This document shows positions 1 through 10,556 of a stretch of 62,644 nt of DNA, in pieces. Below the pieces are notes generated by a model, which saw only the letters and a program-made list of their open reading frames with translations, had not been told where the DNA came from and ran no database searches. Source of the DNA: Phoronis australis (taxonomy: Eukaryota; Animalia; Phoronida). Every line of letters begins with the position of its first letter. Position 1 is the stretch's first letter. Location of the stretch: positions 192,444-255,087 of the forward strand of contig NMRA01000079.1 of NCBI GenBank assembly GCA_002633005.1, read 5' to 3'. Position numbers and translations under genes: made by a program.

Positions 1-137
1 GCATTTATTTGATATTAGTACTTCGGGTTTCAAGCGTTCAGACATTGGGACGTTTATTTCGAAAATTGCCAGAGATGCAAATAGGTCCTGGGATGCTTCG
101 TCAAGGTTTGAAGTAGTCCATGATGAACGGATCAAAT

Positions 138-357
138 TTAGTTGCGCATGTAAGTCTTTCGAATGAACTTGGCAACCTCAAGGGTCTTAGTGTCAGCTGA
201 GCTGCGAAACGAGATGCTGACATTGTAGAGGCTTACAAGCTCATTGACACAGCAGTTGACGAAGTGCAAGCGTTGGGAACAAACATCGAAGATATGTGGG
301 TAGAATGGTTCCAAGACGAGCAAATCATTGGATTCGATATACAAATTCCTCGGCAGT
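138..357 (-). other. Possible terminal coding exon or decayed coding fragment of unknown identity
   Basis: A pyrimidine-rich acceptor-like site (tcctatccttctgttgtctag) precedes an open frame LPRNLYIESNDLL...KTYMRN*. No homology recognised. Confidence 0.2.
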
Positions 358-447
358 CTAGACAACAGAAGGATAGGACTAACGTATGAGTAACTGGGGA
401 TTAAAATTTTAGAGAGAAGTTTTCAATTCAAAAGTTTTTGCATAGAC

Positions 448-710
448 TAGTACACTTTAGGTCTCGCGACGGACCAGGCCAGTTGAGTTTCAGTGTACTT
501 CTGGTCCCTCGGCGAACTAGTCTTGTGATTTTTTTTACCAAAGTGTGCTTTGTAAAACTATTTATCTCAGCCAGTACTGTTTGGTCCCGCGACAGATCGA
601 CTATTTGTATAGGGATAATAAGCACAGGTGTACTCTTGGTCTCATGACGGACCAGGTCAGCTTTTTGTGTACTCTCAGTGTACATCTGGTCCCTCTGCAA
701 ACTATCTTTT
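448..710. repeat. Degenerate direct repeat, about 180 bp period, probably a transposon fragment
   Basis: ggtctcgcgacggaccaggccag...cagtgtacttctggtccctc near 460 recurs as ggtctcatgacggaccaggtcag...cagtgtacatctggtccctc near 638. A related motif is inverted at ~4853-4872. Confidence 0.55.
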
Positions 711-976
711 CACCAATGTGTACAGGATGTTTTGGTTTCGTGAAACTGTTTCCGGATGATTTGTTTCCTGATAGATTTGACGTTTTTCAATTGTTGTCAA
801 CGTGATTCAGCTTAATAAAGTGATACCTAATTATTTATTGTCGCTTTTGATAATAGACTATGAGTTGAGAGCACCATCGTTCGCCAGTTTTTCTCATAAC
901 GAGACAGAACACATGTTTATTTCCGGACTAACAGTACAGGTCTTCGTTCTTAAACAACTTGAGGCTGCTGTTACGC

Positions 977-1448
977 NNNNNNNNNNNNNNNNNNNNNNNN
1001 NNNNNNNNNNNNNNNNNNNNNNNNNNNNNNNNNNNNNNNNNNNNNNNNNNNNNNNNNNNNNNNNNNNNNNNNNNNNNNNNNNNNNNNNNNNNNNNNNNNN
1101 NNNNNNNNNNNNNNNNNNNNNNNNNNNNNNNNNNNNNNNNNNNNNNNNNNNNNNNNNNNNNNNNNNNNNNNNNNNNNNNNNNNNNNNNNNNNNNNNNNNN
1201 NNNNNNNNNNNNNNNNNNNNNNNNNNNNNNNNNNNNNNNNNNNNNNNNNNNNNNNNNNNNNNNNNNNNNNNNNNNNNNNNNNNNNNNNNNNNNNNNNNNN
1301 NNNNNNNNNNNNNNNNNNNNNNNNNNNNNNNNNNNNNNNNNNNNNNNNNNNNNNNNNNNNNNNNNNNNNNNNNNNNNNNNNNNNNNNNNNNNNNNNNNNN
1401 NNNNNNNNNNNNNNNNNNNNNNNNNNNNNNNNNNNNNNNNNNNNNNNN
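977..1448. other. Assembly gap (472 N)
   Basis: Run of N. Confidence 1.
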
Positions 1449-1754
1449 GAAATGAATTTTTCTAAGAGTTTATTAGAGCCAATACAGTATACAGCTTTCC
1501 ACCAAGGCTAGGTGATGCTAGGACATTATTCTTTGTTGCATTAGTAACTGGTCTTGACTAATTATCATTTTATGGCCTGGTCATCCATTCAGCCAAAAGT
1601 AGTTTTAGAGGTGGCTTATCAGCCAATTATTTACACATGCTGACTCACAATAGAAGCCTGATAAGAGTGAAGGTGGATAAATGCTGTGTTCCTACAGTTT
1701 CTTGTGCTAGTGGATGTGTTCACGACATGTCTTATTTGATTTTCAGTTTCCTCT

Positions 1755-1935
1755 GCAAACTCAACCTAATCAAACAATGAGAGGTGTTGACAGTGTTGAT
1801 TTATTCGCCTACTTTTAAATTAAGAAATTACTATGCAGTAGTCGAATTTGTATCCAACACATCTTGAGTCAGAATCAAGTGGAAGTCGGTTTCACGCTCT
1901 CATTACTCTAGAGAGCATCAATATGATGAATAGCC
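1755..1935. repeat. Interspersed repeat copy (inverted homolog at ~35840-36020) with a hairpin near one end
   Basis: About 170 bp align by eye to the reverse complement of 35840-36020, including the identical 21-mer GCTCTCATTACTCTAGAGAGC (1896-1916 and 35859-35879). Confidence 0.7.
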
Positions 1936-1988
1936 TATGCTTACGGCTTAGAAAAATGTTTTTGTTGTTGATTGTTGTTCAAGCTAAG

Positions 1989-2197
1989 ATGTCTAGCCAG
2001 CGCGGGAACTGTAAAAAGACGGGACCACCGAAACACCAGAATAAGACGGCGTTCAAGAACAATATGCATGATACCAGCCGTCGTACGCAGCAGTTGAACT
2101 CTATGGAAGTCAGTGGAGTCTGTGCACGTTGCAAAAACATCATAGACTGGAAGATTAGATATAAAAAGTACAAGCCTCTAACTGTACCAAAGAAATG
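1989..2197 (+). CDS. C9orf85: C9orf85 homolog, coding exon 1
   Basis: MSSQRGNCKKTGPPKHQNKTAFKNNMHD...GVCARCKNIIDWKIRYKKYKPLTVPKK matches the conserved C9orf85 N-terminus. Donor TG|GTGAGG, phase 2. An acceptor-like sequence just before the ATG suggests an upstream UTR exon. Confidence 0.93.
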
Positions 2198-3170
2198 GTG
2201 AGGAGTTGTTTTCTAATTTTATAATTTCTTTTTATGCATTGCGCGAGAGAATCTCGACTTTACAAATTCGTGGTAAAATGTCAGTGTAGCCAAATAAGAG
2301 TGTAATTCTCAAGTGAACCCAAGTAGGGACTCAACAAAGTTAGAACTGTAATCTTTTAACTGTTTGCGCCATTCTTTACTCACAAAAGCAATCTTTTTCT
2401 TAATTATGAGCTCTTTTTGACTACTGACATTTTAAAAAATATAACTGAAAACCAAGCCCTTAGTTTAATAAAAATCAATCTCTAGGGACTTAGTCCTAAA
2501 CTAGAGGCGTTGCATGAAAAGACACCTACTTATTTCCATAAATATTTAGAATTCATGGTAGAATTCACTCTACTCAGTCGAAGCCTAAAACAGCATAAGA
2601 AAGGGAAATCAATGTTTTCAAATGTCCATTATATTCATAGATTTAGGGATCTTCATGCAGCTGGACACAGGGGTCTTTTCACTGTATTGTTTTCTACTCA
2701 GAGTCTAAATGGAGAACAGTCGAAAGTTTTGGTTTTGGGACACCTCAGTAAAATAGGCCCTTGTAGTTGATTTATTTTCTTGTTGTAAATTCAAGCTGGA
2801 TTTTTTATATAAGAAGTTGAAGCTGGTATGCATGTGCAGCGATTTATTATGAAAAAGCACACTGACTTCTGAATTGGGCTACTGAATGTTAAAAAGCTTG
2901 TCACAACTTTTGCAATACTCATATTGCCACGGAAGTTATTTTTGAGCTTAGGAAACAATTAAAATGAGTTCCTGTTCAAGACAGAACTCAATAAGTGGAG
3001 CTCTAAGGTTCATTCGTTGATGATGACATTGTTGGTACTGATCTGGTTCCATGGACAAAGTCTACAAGGAGTTGGTAGATCACCACTTCAAATGTACCAA
3101 TACCATTGGAATTTGCAATTCTGAACTTGAATAGTTTAGATAATGCATGTTTCGTCATAACCCATTTCAG

Positions 3171-3284
3171 CACGCGCTGTGGCCAACGCTCCGTGAAACG
3201 CGCCTACTGCATGGTGTGCACTGATTGCTGCAAGACACTCACCGTGTGTGCCAAGTGTGGCCAAAAGGGGGAGCCAGTCATTGA
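3171..3284 (+). CDS. C9orf85: C9orf85 homolog, coding exon 2 (CxxC-rich)
   Basis: Acceptor cccatttcag|C completes TGC (Cys). Encodes CTRCGQRSVKRAYCMVCTDCCKTLTVCAKCGQKGEPVIE. Donor GA|GTGAGT, phase 2. Confidence 0.93.
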
Positions 3285-5021
3285 GTGAGTACAGAAGATC
3301 ACTTTCAACACCTGTCCTAAAATATTTTTTTAATTGATTTGTCTGAGAACTGGTTTTCTAATGACTGCTAGTTATGATCACTGAGTATCACTTCTAAAAG
3401 AATGTTTTCTGTGTTATTTTTATAATAAATCACGGGTTAGTTATGTTTCACGCGCTTCTTGATAAAAGAAAACAAACCATGTATTGCTGATTTTACCTAA
3501 GATTATTCCCATCACCTGTTTTTGTGCAAGTACAAGTAGTACTTCCCTGGAAAGAAGAAACCATTGCTCAGCTGAAGCTCTGTCCTCACTCTGTCACAAA
3601 GTGTACTTGGTGGTTCGACACATATGGTCTCTTCTCGTGGTCGTCTTTTGTTTTGCCAAAAGCATTAGTCATGTTAACTCTGCGATTTAGCAGATTTTAC
3701 AAGGAGATGTGAAGTCAAATAAAACTTTTAAGGATTGGCGCAGGTCTGCATAGTTTCATTTTGTTTCAAAGATATAAGTGTTCAGTAAGGTTTGGTACCC
3801 ATTTGTAAGGAGCCTAATTCCAGGTTTAAAATCACTTTAACTATGCATCCAACCATAGCATATACCTGTGTCACTCACACCCACTTGTTTAGTTGGTACT
3901 ATTCTCATGCAGTTCAGTAGTTCTGTGATTACCCCAATTTTGATTCACATCAGCATTTACCTGTGTAGTAAATTCTCTATCTTTGTCAACTCGGCCCATC
4001 TAGTGCTTCACAATTAGAAATTAGGTCAAATGGAAGTCACAGTCGTTCTCCCACTTCATACTGTATCATCTCTGGTTCCTTGTTCTGTTTGGTCGTAGAA
4101 GTGTACTGCCTAAACAAGGCAATTACCCCCAAATACACCACTTGGCGAACATTGCACAGTGTCTGTTGGCTAGCCTTAGTGTTTGCTTAGTCCATCTTTC
4201 GAATTTTCTTGTGCGGTGAAGCCGTTTCTGGACACTGAAACTTAATTCCAGTAGAACCACCTCACTCTTGGACGAATCTCAAGGACAAGATTTATGTGGT
4301 GTTCAAATTTGGCAAACCTTCAAAAGTTGCCTTTTCAATGTTGGCTGAATTTTGGGATTTATATCTTTTCAAAATTTTTTAAATATCAACAAGATAAGCG
4401 TTGAGGAAAGAGTCACTTGTCGGACGAAAACTAATATGTTTTCACTCGTGAAAGAGAAAAACGTTATGATCTTGTCCTGCTGAGCCTATTGGTGTCACTG
4501 AAGCCTGGAGCATAATTTTAGTTGTGCCACTGAATTGGTTCCCAAACCGTCCCAAATGTTGAGAACCAGCCTGTTATTCAGTAGGTAAAACTGGTTCTCA
4601 AGAGCATTACCCCCGTAAATGACTATTTCTTCCTGCTTTTGCACAATGCGAAATGTTTGTGATAGAATCTCAAAGGTTATAGGGACTATAAAGGTGACAC
4701 GCTTTTATCAGCGATTACTCACTCTGGCAATAAACACTGTAATTACATCTGGTCTGTCAGTGGAACTCCTTTGTATTAGTGTGAAATCACATGAAGGCTT
4801 CTGGTTTACTCAGGAATTTCCACCGACCCGAAAATGAGGGGACGGGGATTCGGGCCGGTCCGTCATGACCAAAACGTGATATGGTGTAAGATTTGATTAT
4901 TATATGACTGCATATTCGATGTCTTGGGCATGTCCACGCTTCTGAGTGTCTTGTTCATTGAACATGGCAAAATGGTGGATTGTGTTGAACTGTAGTAATC
5001 ATGGAAAACTCTGTGTTTCAG

Positions 5022-5104
5022 AACTGGTTTGAGCGCGGCTGAGGAAGCCTCTCACAACAGTCGGCTGCAGCAGGAACTTAAACTGCTACCAGAGAGACAG
5101 AGGC
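5022..5104 (+). CDS. C9orf85: C9orf85 homolog, coding exon 3
   Basis: Acceptor ctgtgtttcag|A. Encodes TGLSAAEEASHNSRLQQELKLLPERQR. Donor C|GTAAGA, phase 1. Phases match both neighbours. Confidence 0.85.
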
Positions 5105-6404
5105 GTAAGAACAAGATTCAATCATTTTAGGGGCAGCCTTTCTATTATTTTCAGTTAAAAACTTCATCAAGTGAATTTTAATGCAGACCAGCTTAAGTTG
5201 AAAGTAGTTCCTAGCTGATGCTCTATGAACATGTCAATTTTTTAAAAAACAAAAGTTGTAGAACTTTGTAAGTTGAGTATTTGAATATCTGGTGGTCCAA
5301 CAACAAAATGGCTGCCCCTAATGAAGAGGTTTTCGCTTTTTGTTAATTGAGTGTAAAAAGTGCCAATAAGTGCAGGCGTGAATTCTTATTTAAGTGAAAA
5401 TGAAAGTGTCAAGTTTTAGCCCGAGGATATATGCAAAATTTCATGCAATTGGACCCATGCACTATTTAAAGGAGACATTAGCATTCAAAACTGCTCAAAA
5501 CGCTGTAAATCCAAAAGCCTGAAAATGATCAATGAGATTTGCCTCATAATCGATATTGATTTATTTTATCCCAAACAACTTGCATATTTGGCATAATTTG
5601 AGCAGCAGTGAAAAATATAAAAGTAATATGTGAATATTGGATTTTTGAAAAAAAATCGCACAAAGTTGACATTATTGGCTTTCCACTGTGCTGCAACTCG
5701 CTCTTTTTCTGCGACATTTACCCACAATTCTGCACATCCGTGGGACAGATTCTCCACAGCTGTACACGACTGCCACGCTAATGACTACTCTACACTAGAA
5801 TTAGTTTCTGCCAGTTGTCATTTTAAGAAAATTTTACTGTAGCATAATGAGTTGCGATGCCGACTTAAAAATAATTACAAGCTGAATGATGAGCGATAAA
5901 GTGTTCTTCACTTGTTTGACTCAACACAGAAGTGTATAAGCAGCCCTCAATTAGGTTTTGTATTTTGAATTTCTTCTATTGTTTAATATTTTCATGGAAT
6001 GGTTTTAGTCAACCGCTCTTTCACTAAGTGGACAATACGTGTCAAAAGTAATCAGACAAAATATCGTTTCTCCATATTGGATGGGTGTTCGTGTTATTTT
6101 GAATGATGAATTCTGTTTGTACTGTGATGACGAGGTATTCTGCTTGCACTCAGCCATCATAACTGGGAATTCCATGTCATTTTGCTTGATCATTTTTAGT
6201 GTTTACTGTAACATTTTGATCATTCATGATTGTCATGAAACATGAAAATGGGGACTTGCCTCTTATAGCATGGCCTTTTATTCAAGTGTGATTTCTTTGC
6301 ATTTTTGAATGTTACCAAAATGCCTCATTTTGCTATTAGACCACAGCCTTGTACACCAGCTTTTTCGGTACTTTAATTTGTTTTTATTTGTTTTTTCTCT
6401 TTAG

Positions 6405-6640
6405 GGACATTTGTTAGACATCAAACATCAGGCAAGTTGAGTAACAATGCTGAAGACAATGTGAACAGTTCGGAAAGTGAAGGAGATGAAAATTTAAGTG
6501 ACTCTGATAATGGGGAACCTGTTGAGGGGGTTACTACAATACACAGCGTTGAAATGGAGACGGGAACATTAGAACCCACCATGGCTCAGTTGGAAGTACA
6601 GTCGCAGGAATGTACCGACAATAATCTGCAGCTAGGATAG
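6405..6640 (+). CDS. C9orf85: C9orf85 homolog, terminal coding exon (acidic tail)
   Basis: Long pyrimidine tract ttttttctctttag|GG completes CGG, giving ERQRRTFVRH. In frame with ORF 6437-6640 to TAG. Spliced CDS is 642 nt, 213 aa. Confidence 0.85.
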
Positions 6641-7141
6641 TGTTTATAGTTGCTGACCATGGTGGAATTTCAGTAAAAAAAATCAGTTTGGGACACAATA
6701 TGGCAGACAGATGAAATTACATTTTGTCAAAGAAATAGGTTTTCACGAAAACTTATTTTAAGTTGTTTTTAGCATGGTTTGTGTGGTGTACAATAGCTAT
6801 TACCAAATAACATTGGTAACATTTTGAGCCTTTGCAGCAATCATTTATGTCCCATGGAGAATTTTTACTGTAAGTTTCACAATCAGAAATTCTACGCTGT
6901 CATTGTTCAAGTGCCCATTTCCACTCAGTGTAGGTGTACCTGTCCACTGTACGCAATTGTTAAATGACTTCTGAGGTTGCTTCATGCATGACTTGTGAAG
7001 TAAGACTTGACTTAGATAATTTGGTCTGGTGCTGTGCACAACTAGTTCGGAAAAATTAGTTAAACCTTATATGAGCAAATGTACAAGGTGTCCTGGGATA
7101 TACTCGTAATTGTTGGTTACAAAGAAAATTTTTCTAGAATA

Positions 7142-7232
7142 TTTCTAGACTGTGATGCGCTCGTAATAACTCGACTCAACATTTTATCCACAATTATGAT
7201 GTGGGAGCACACTAATTTTCTGTCACTATTCA
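7142..7232. repeat. Interspersed repeat fragment (second copy at ~56984-57080)
   Basis: tttctagactgtgatgc...tttatcca-caatt...tttctgtc is shared in the same orientation. Confidence 0.55.
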
Positions 7233-7810
7233 CAAAATAGACCAAAAATGTCCCCCCAGTTCTTGCCACTGGAAATGTTTACCTCAGGATTTTAGTTCTT
7301 CCTTACCTACTCTGACCCCACCCCCATATTTTTCTTGGTCGCACCTTTTGTGAACTTGCTATTCAGGGTTCAAAATAGTGATCGTCACTCCTGTCTGTTC
7401 TGTATGCAATACACACAGGTGCATATCAACACCCTGCATTGCTCTTGTTACCAATGTTGTAGTGGATAGTACTTCATATATTGTAGTTTTAAATAATGTT
7501 TTTGTAGGAATATGGCTTTTGTGCAATTATTTTGTGTAGAAGGTCACGCTTCAGGCTGTTTGAGGGTGTCTTAAATGTGGCATTGTAAAATCTAAGTAGT
7601 TCTTAAAAGATGACAAAATCGTGGCAAATTTGTTTGATTTGGTCAGACCTGCTAAGATTCTGCAGCGAGTTTCTGTCTTGTCAACTAGAGGGAGACTTGT
7701 TCATTGGTCCTGCATGACAAGTCTCTTGCTGTATGTCACAGAATAACTCAAAGACGAAGAGCTGTGTAATTTATTTAACACCCTGTGAAATGACATTAGA
7801 CGTAGTGACA

Positions 7811-7820
7811 AATAAATAAA
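7811..7820 (+). terminator. Candidate poly(A) signal for the C9orf85 homolog (overlapping AATAAA pair)
   Basis: AATAAATAAA is the first canonical + strand AATAAA I found after the stop at 6640. Confidence 0.35.
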
Positions 7821-9172
7821 CACACAACCATAGGAACACATTCAGTTCTCGATTACATGATTAGTCAAATTCACAATCACTAAAATTGTTAACAGTTATT
7901 AAATGTGGACACACACATATCACAGATATAAGACGCCTGTCTAACATGAAAGGCAATAACAGCAAAGGACATTTGATAAAAGACGATACACCGTACCTCG
8001 CACAAATCCTTGCTGCAGGGCTAACAACTACCCTAAAAGTATGGGCACGTTATCAGAATCGCGACGGCTTATTTAGAATGATGAATTGAGCGAGGTCAGA
8101 GTGGAACTTAAGGCATTCCTGTTTCAAATTTGATGTACTACGTACATTTATATGCATCTACAGACACTAAGTGACTGATGAGGTAAACTTCATGGTATTA
8201 GGACAAGGTCTTCAAGGCAATCACCTTGTCATTGCACTATTAGTTATTAAAATCTGAACACAGATGCCAGTTTGCATGAATAACCTTCGGAAATAAGTAG
8301 TGTGGGAATAATTTGGACTTTCTGCAATCTTCTGCTTTGTTTGAGTGGCATTCATATCTTTTTATTCGAATCAAGCTCTCAAAATTATTTTTAGAATTTT
8401 CTATTCCACTTTTGTGTTAACTCGAAAGGGCTATTAGTCTGTGTATGTGCTCTAGCATTTTATAGTTTGTGCATGAGTTTCTAGTCTGAGTTTGCACTCG
8501 TGTCCCCTATATTCATGCTACAAACTTGAGTAAATACTTGGAAGTTCAGAGTTCTCATAAAAGTAGAGTAGTATTAAATGACAAAAATTAGTTCAGTTTT
8601 GATTGAAAAGATTAGACCCCAGGCCCGAAGTCACATGATCAATTTTTTCACCACTTTTCACATTATTTCCACAAAATGGCATCTGCGTCCATATCCCTAT
8701 TGACTAGGTTACACAGTTATCCTAGCTACTGCCTTAGTATCGCCAAACTCACACACAACATCAAGGACATGGGCACTTGCCTTCCTGAGGCACAGGGTTT
8801 AGAAACAGTTCACTGGTTGGACCCACAGATACACTGGCTGGACCTTCAAATCCAGCTGCCAAGGCACTAAATGCCTTGTCAGAGATCAAATCAGTAGCCA
8901 GCAAAAAACCTTGGGCCACATATTAAATGCAGAAGCTGGAGAGAGCAACTAAGCCCAAAGCTACTCTGACCTGGGGACACTAGGCTCGAGTATTTGTGCG
9001 TCCGGCCATTAAACTGTTCCCAAGAGCAGAATACATAATATGGAGCTGTAGGAGAAGAATTAACAGTGATCCCTTGCCATGATGCAATTTACATTTTTAG
9101 TATTTTCTACCAAAAGGGCAAGACTACTTCAAACATTCTATAACTTGAAACTGAAATCAATGCCTGGAGGAG

Positions 9173-9364
9173 TCACTCGTATTGACAAGGTGCCAAATAT
9201 TGCGGATAGGCGGTATTTTTTCGTCCCCACAAAAGACCCACTGCTTCCTCCCCACAGTAGGCATCACTCTTGATTCTCGTAATAATATAGACCTGGCACC
9301 AGCAATAGGGGGCCTCTCAGCAATTTTTGGTACACACCTGTAGGCACCTTGTCAATACGAGTGA
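9173..9364. mobile_element. MITE-like element with perfect 22-bp inverted repeats
   Basis: TCACTCGTATTGACAAGGTGCC (9173-9194) and its exact reverse complement (9343-9364). No clear target-site duplication. Confidence 0.7.
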
Positions 9365-9789
9365 TCCCGGGGACTAATGTTGACTCAACACAAGGGAACC
9401 ACGTCAAATGCCGACTCAGATGACAAAAGGTAAAAAAATATTATTTCGTACATAGATTAGTAATAAAATTTTAATTGTTAATAACCTTTACGAATTTGGA
9501 AGTTAAAGAAGTCGCAAATATCAGTTGTGCTTGTGTAATTTGGCGAGCATTCCTTGATGTCTGCGAGTTATTCAAGAGTTCCTTGACGCATATTTGGCAC
9601 ACACAATACATGAGCAGAGATTTAATTAGCGAATCTGTCACATCAAGCACGTCATTAATTTAACAGACATCACATTTATGCGTCGAAGCAAAAATTTTAA
9701 TACAACGAAATGTAAAATAAATCCGTACACAAAAGGGCTTTCCACATGGTAAAATTGAGTCTCCAGATTAGGGACTGCCTACACACAAT

Positions 9790-9955
9790 TTGTAACCATG
9801 CAACTCGTAACCATGCAACTCGTCACCGTGGGAGACCAATGATCTCCACCTTCAGATACTTAAAGTGACCGTATTGGTGAGAAGTAATTTTCCGAGATTG
9901 AACCAACAACCTCAGCAGTCGTAGTCAAACGCGTCACAGGTGAAGCTAAACGCCA
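9790..9955 (-). mobile_element. tRNA-derived SINE fragment (tRNA-Arg-like head)
   Basis: The minus strand reads TAGCTTCACCTGTGACGCGTTTGACTACG...GGTTCAATCTCGG. ACGCGT(T)TGACTACG resembles the tRNA-Arg(ACG) anticodon arm, followed by a B-box-like motif. No acceptor stem. A 15-bp tandem duplication lies at 9792-9821. Confidence 0.5.
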
Positions 9956-10495
9956 ATCAACAATAGCGTTCTTAGCTCGTCAAGTCACCAGCCTTGATTT
10001 CGGCGAATAATTAATTGGCAGACAACTGCAAGAACAGTCAAAAAAAACAACGATTTTATTTGATATCTCTAGTTAAATCTAATAGAAGTCCCACAATAAT
10101 TCTAAAATACATTGTTTTGGCCGTAAAACCAATTATATCCCTTTAATTCTGCAAAAGGCGCTGACCTGCTATAACAACATTGTCCCCAGCTCAACAATAG
10201 TTTAAGTTAGATTGTTAAATGTTGAGAATTCAGGAGATTTCATATCCGGCACTGATGCTGGATTTCAATCACATTGTAGCACTGTTGTCACATCATAAAG
10301 ATCTGGCAATCTAACAAATAACTTCTTGATGCATCAATTCTTGCTTTTTGGTCGGTAATAGTAACCGTCACAGAAAAATATAAGATTGAAAGCGAGCCTC
10401 AAAATGTATCGAATAAGTAGACATATTAGCAAAAAATTTTGCACAAAAGATTCTCGAAGCAGGTGTCATTGGATCGAGCCAAAGTTAGATCACAC

Positions 10496-10556
10496 CACGA
10501 GTGACATGTACACGAGTGACATGTACACAAGTGACAGGTACACAAGTGACATGTAC
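10496..10556. repeat. 15-bp tandem repeat, 4 copies
   Basis: cacRagtgacaKgta repeated four times. Confidence 0.9.

Noticed and set aside
802-1465. Long ORFs of 217 and 168 aa
   Set aside because: They consist almost entirely of the N gap.
1848-1988. N-terminal extension of the C9orf85 ORF
   Set aside because: It overlaps an interspersed repeat and an acceptor-like pyrimidine tract. The conserved protein starts at MSSQRGN (1989).
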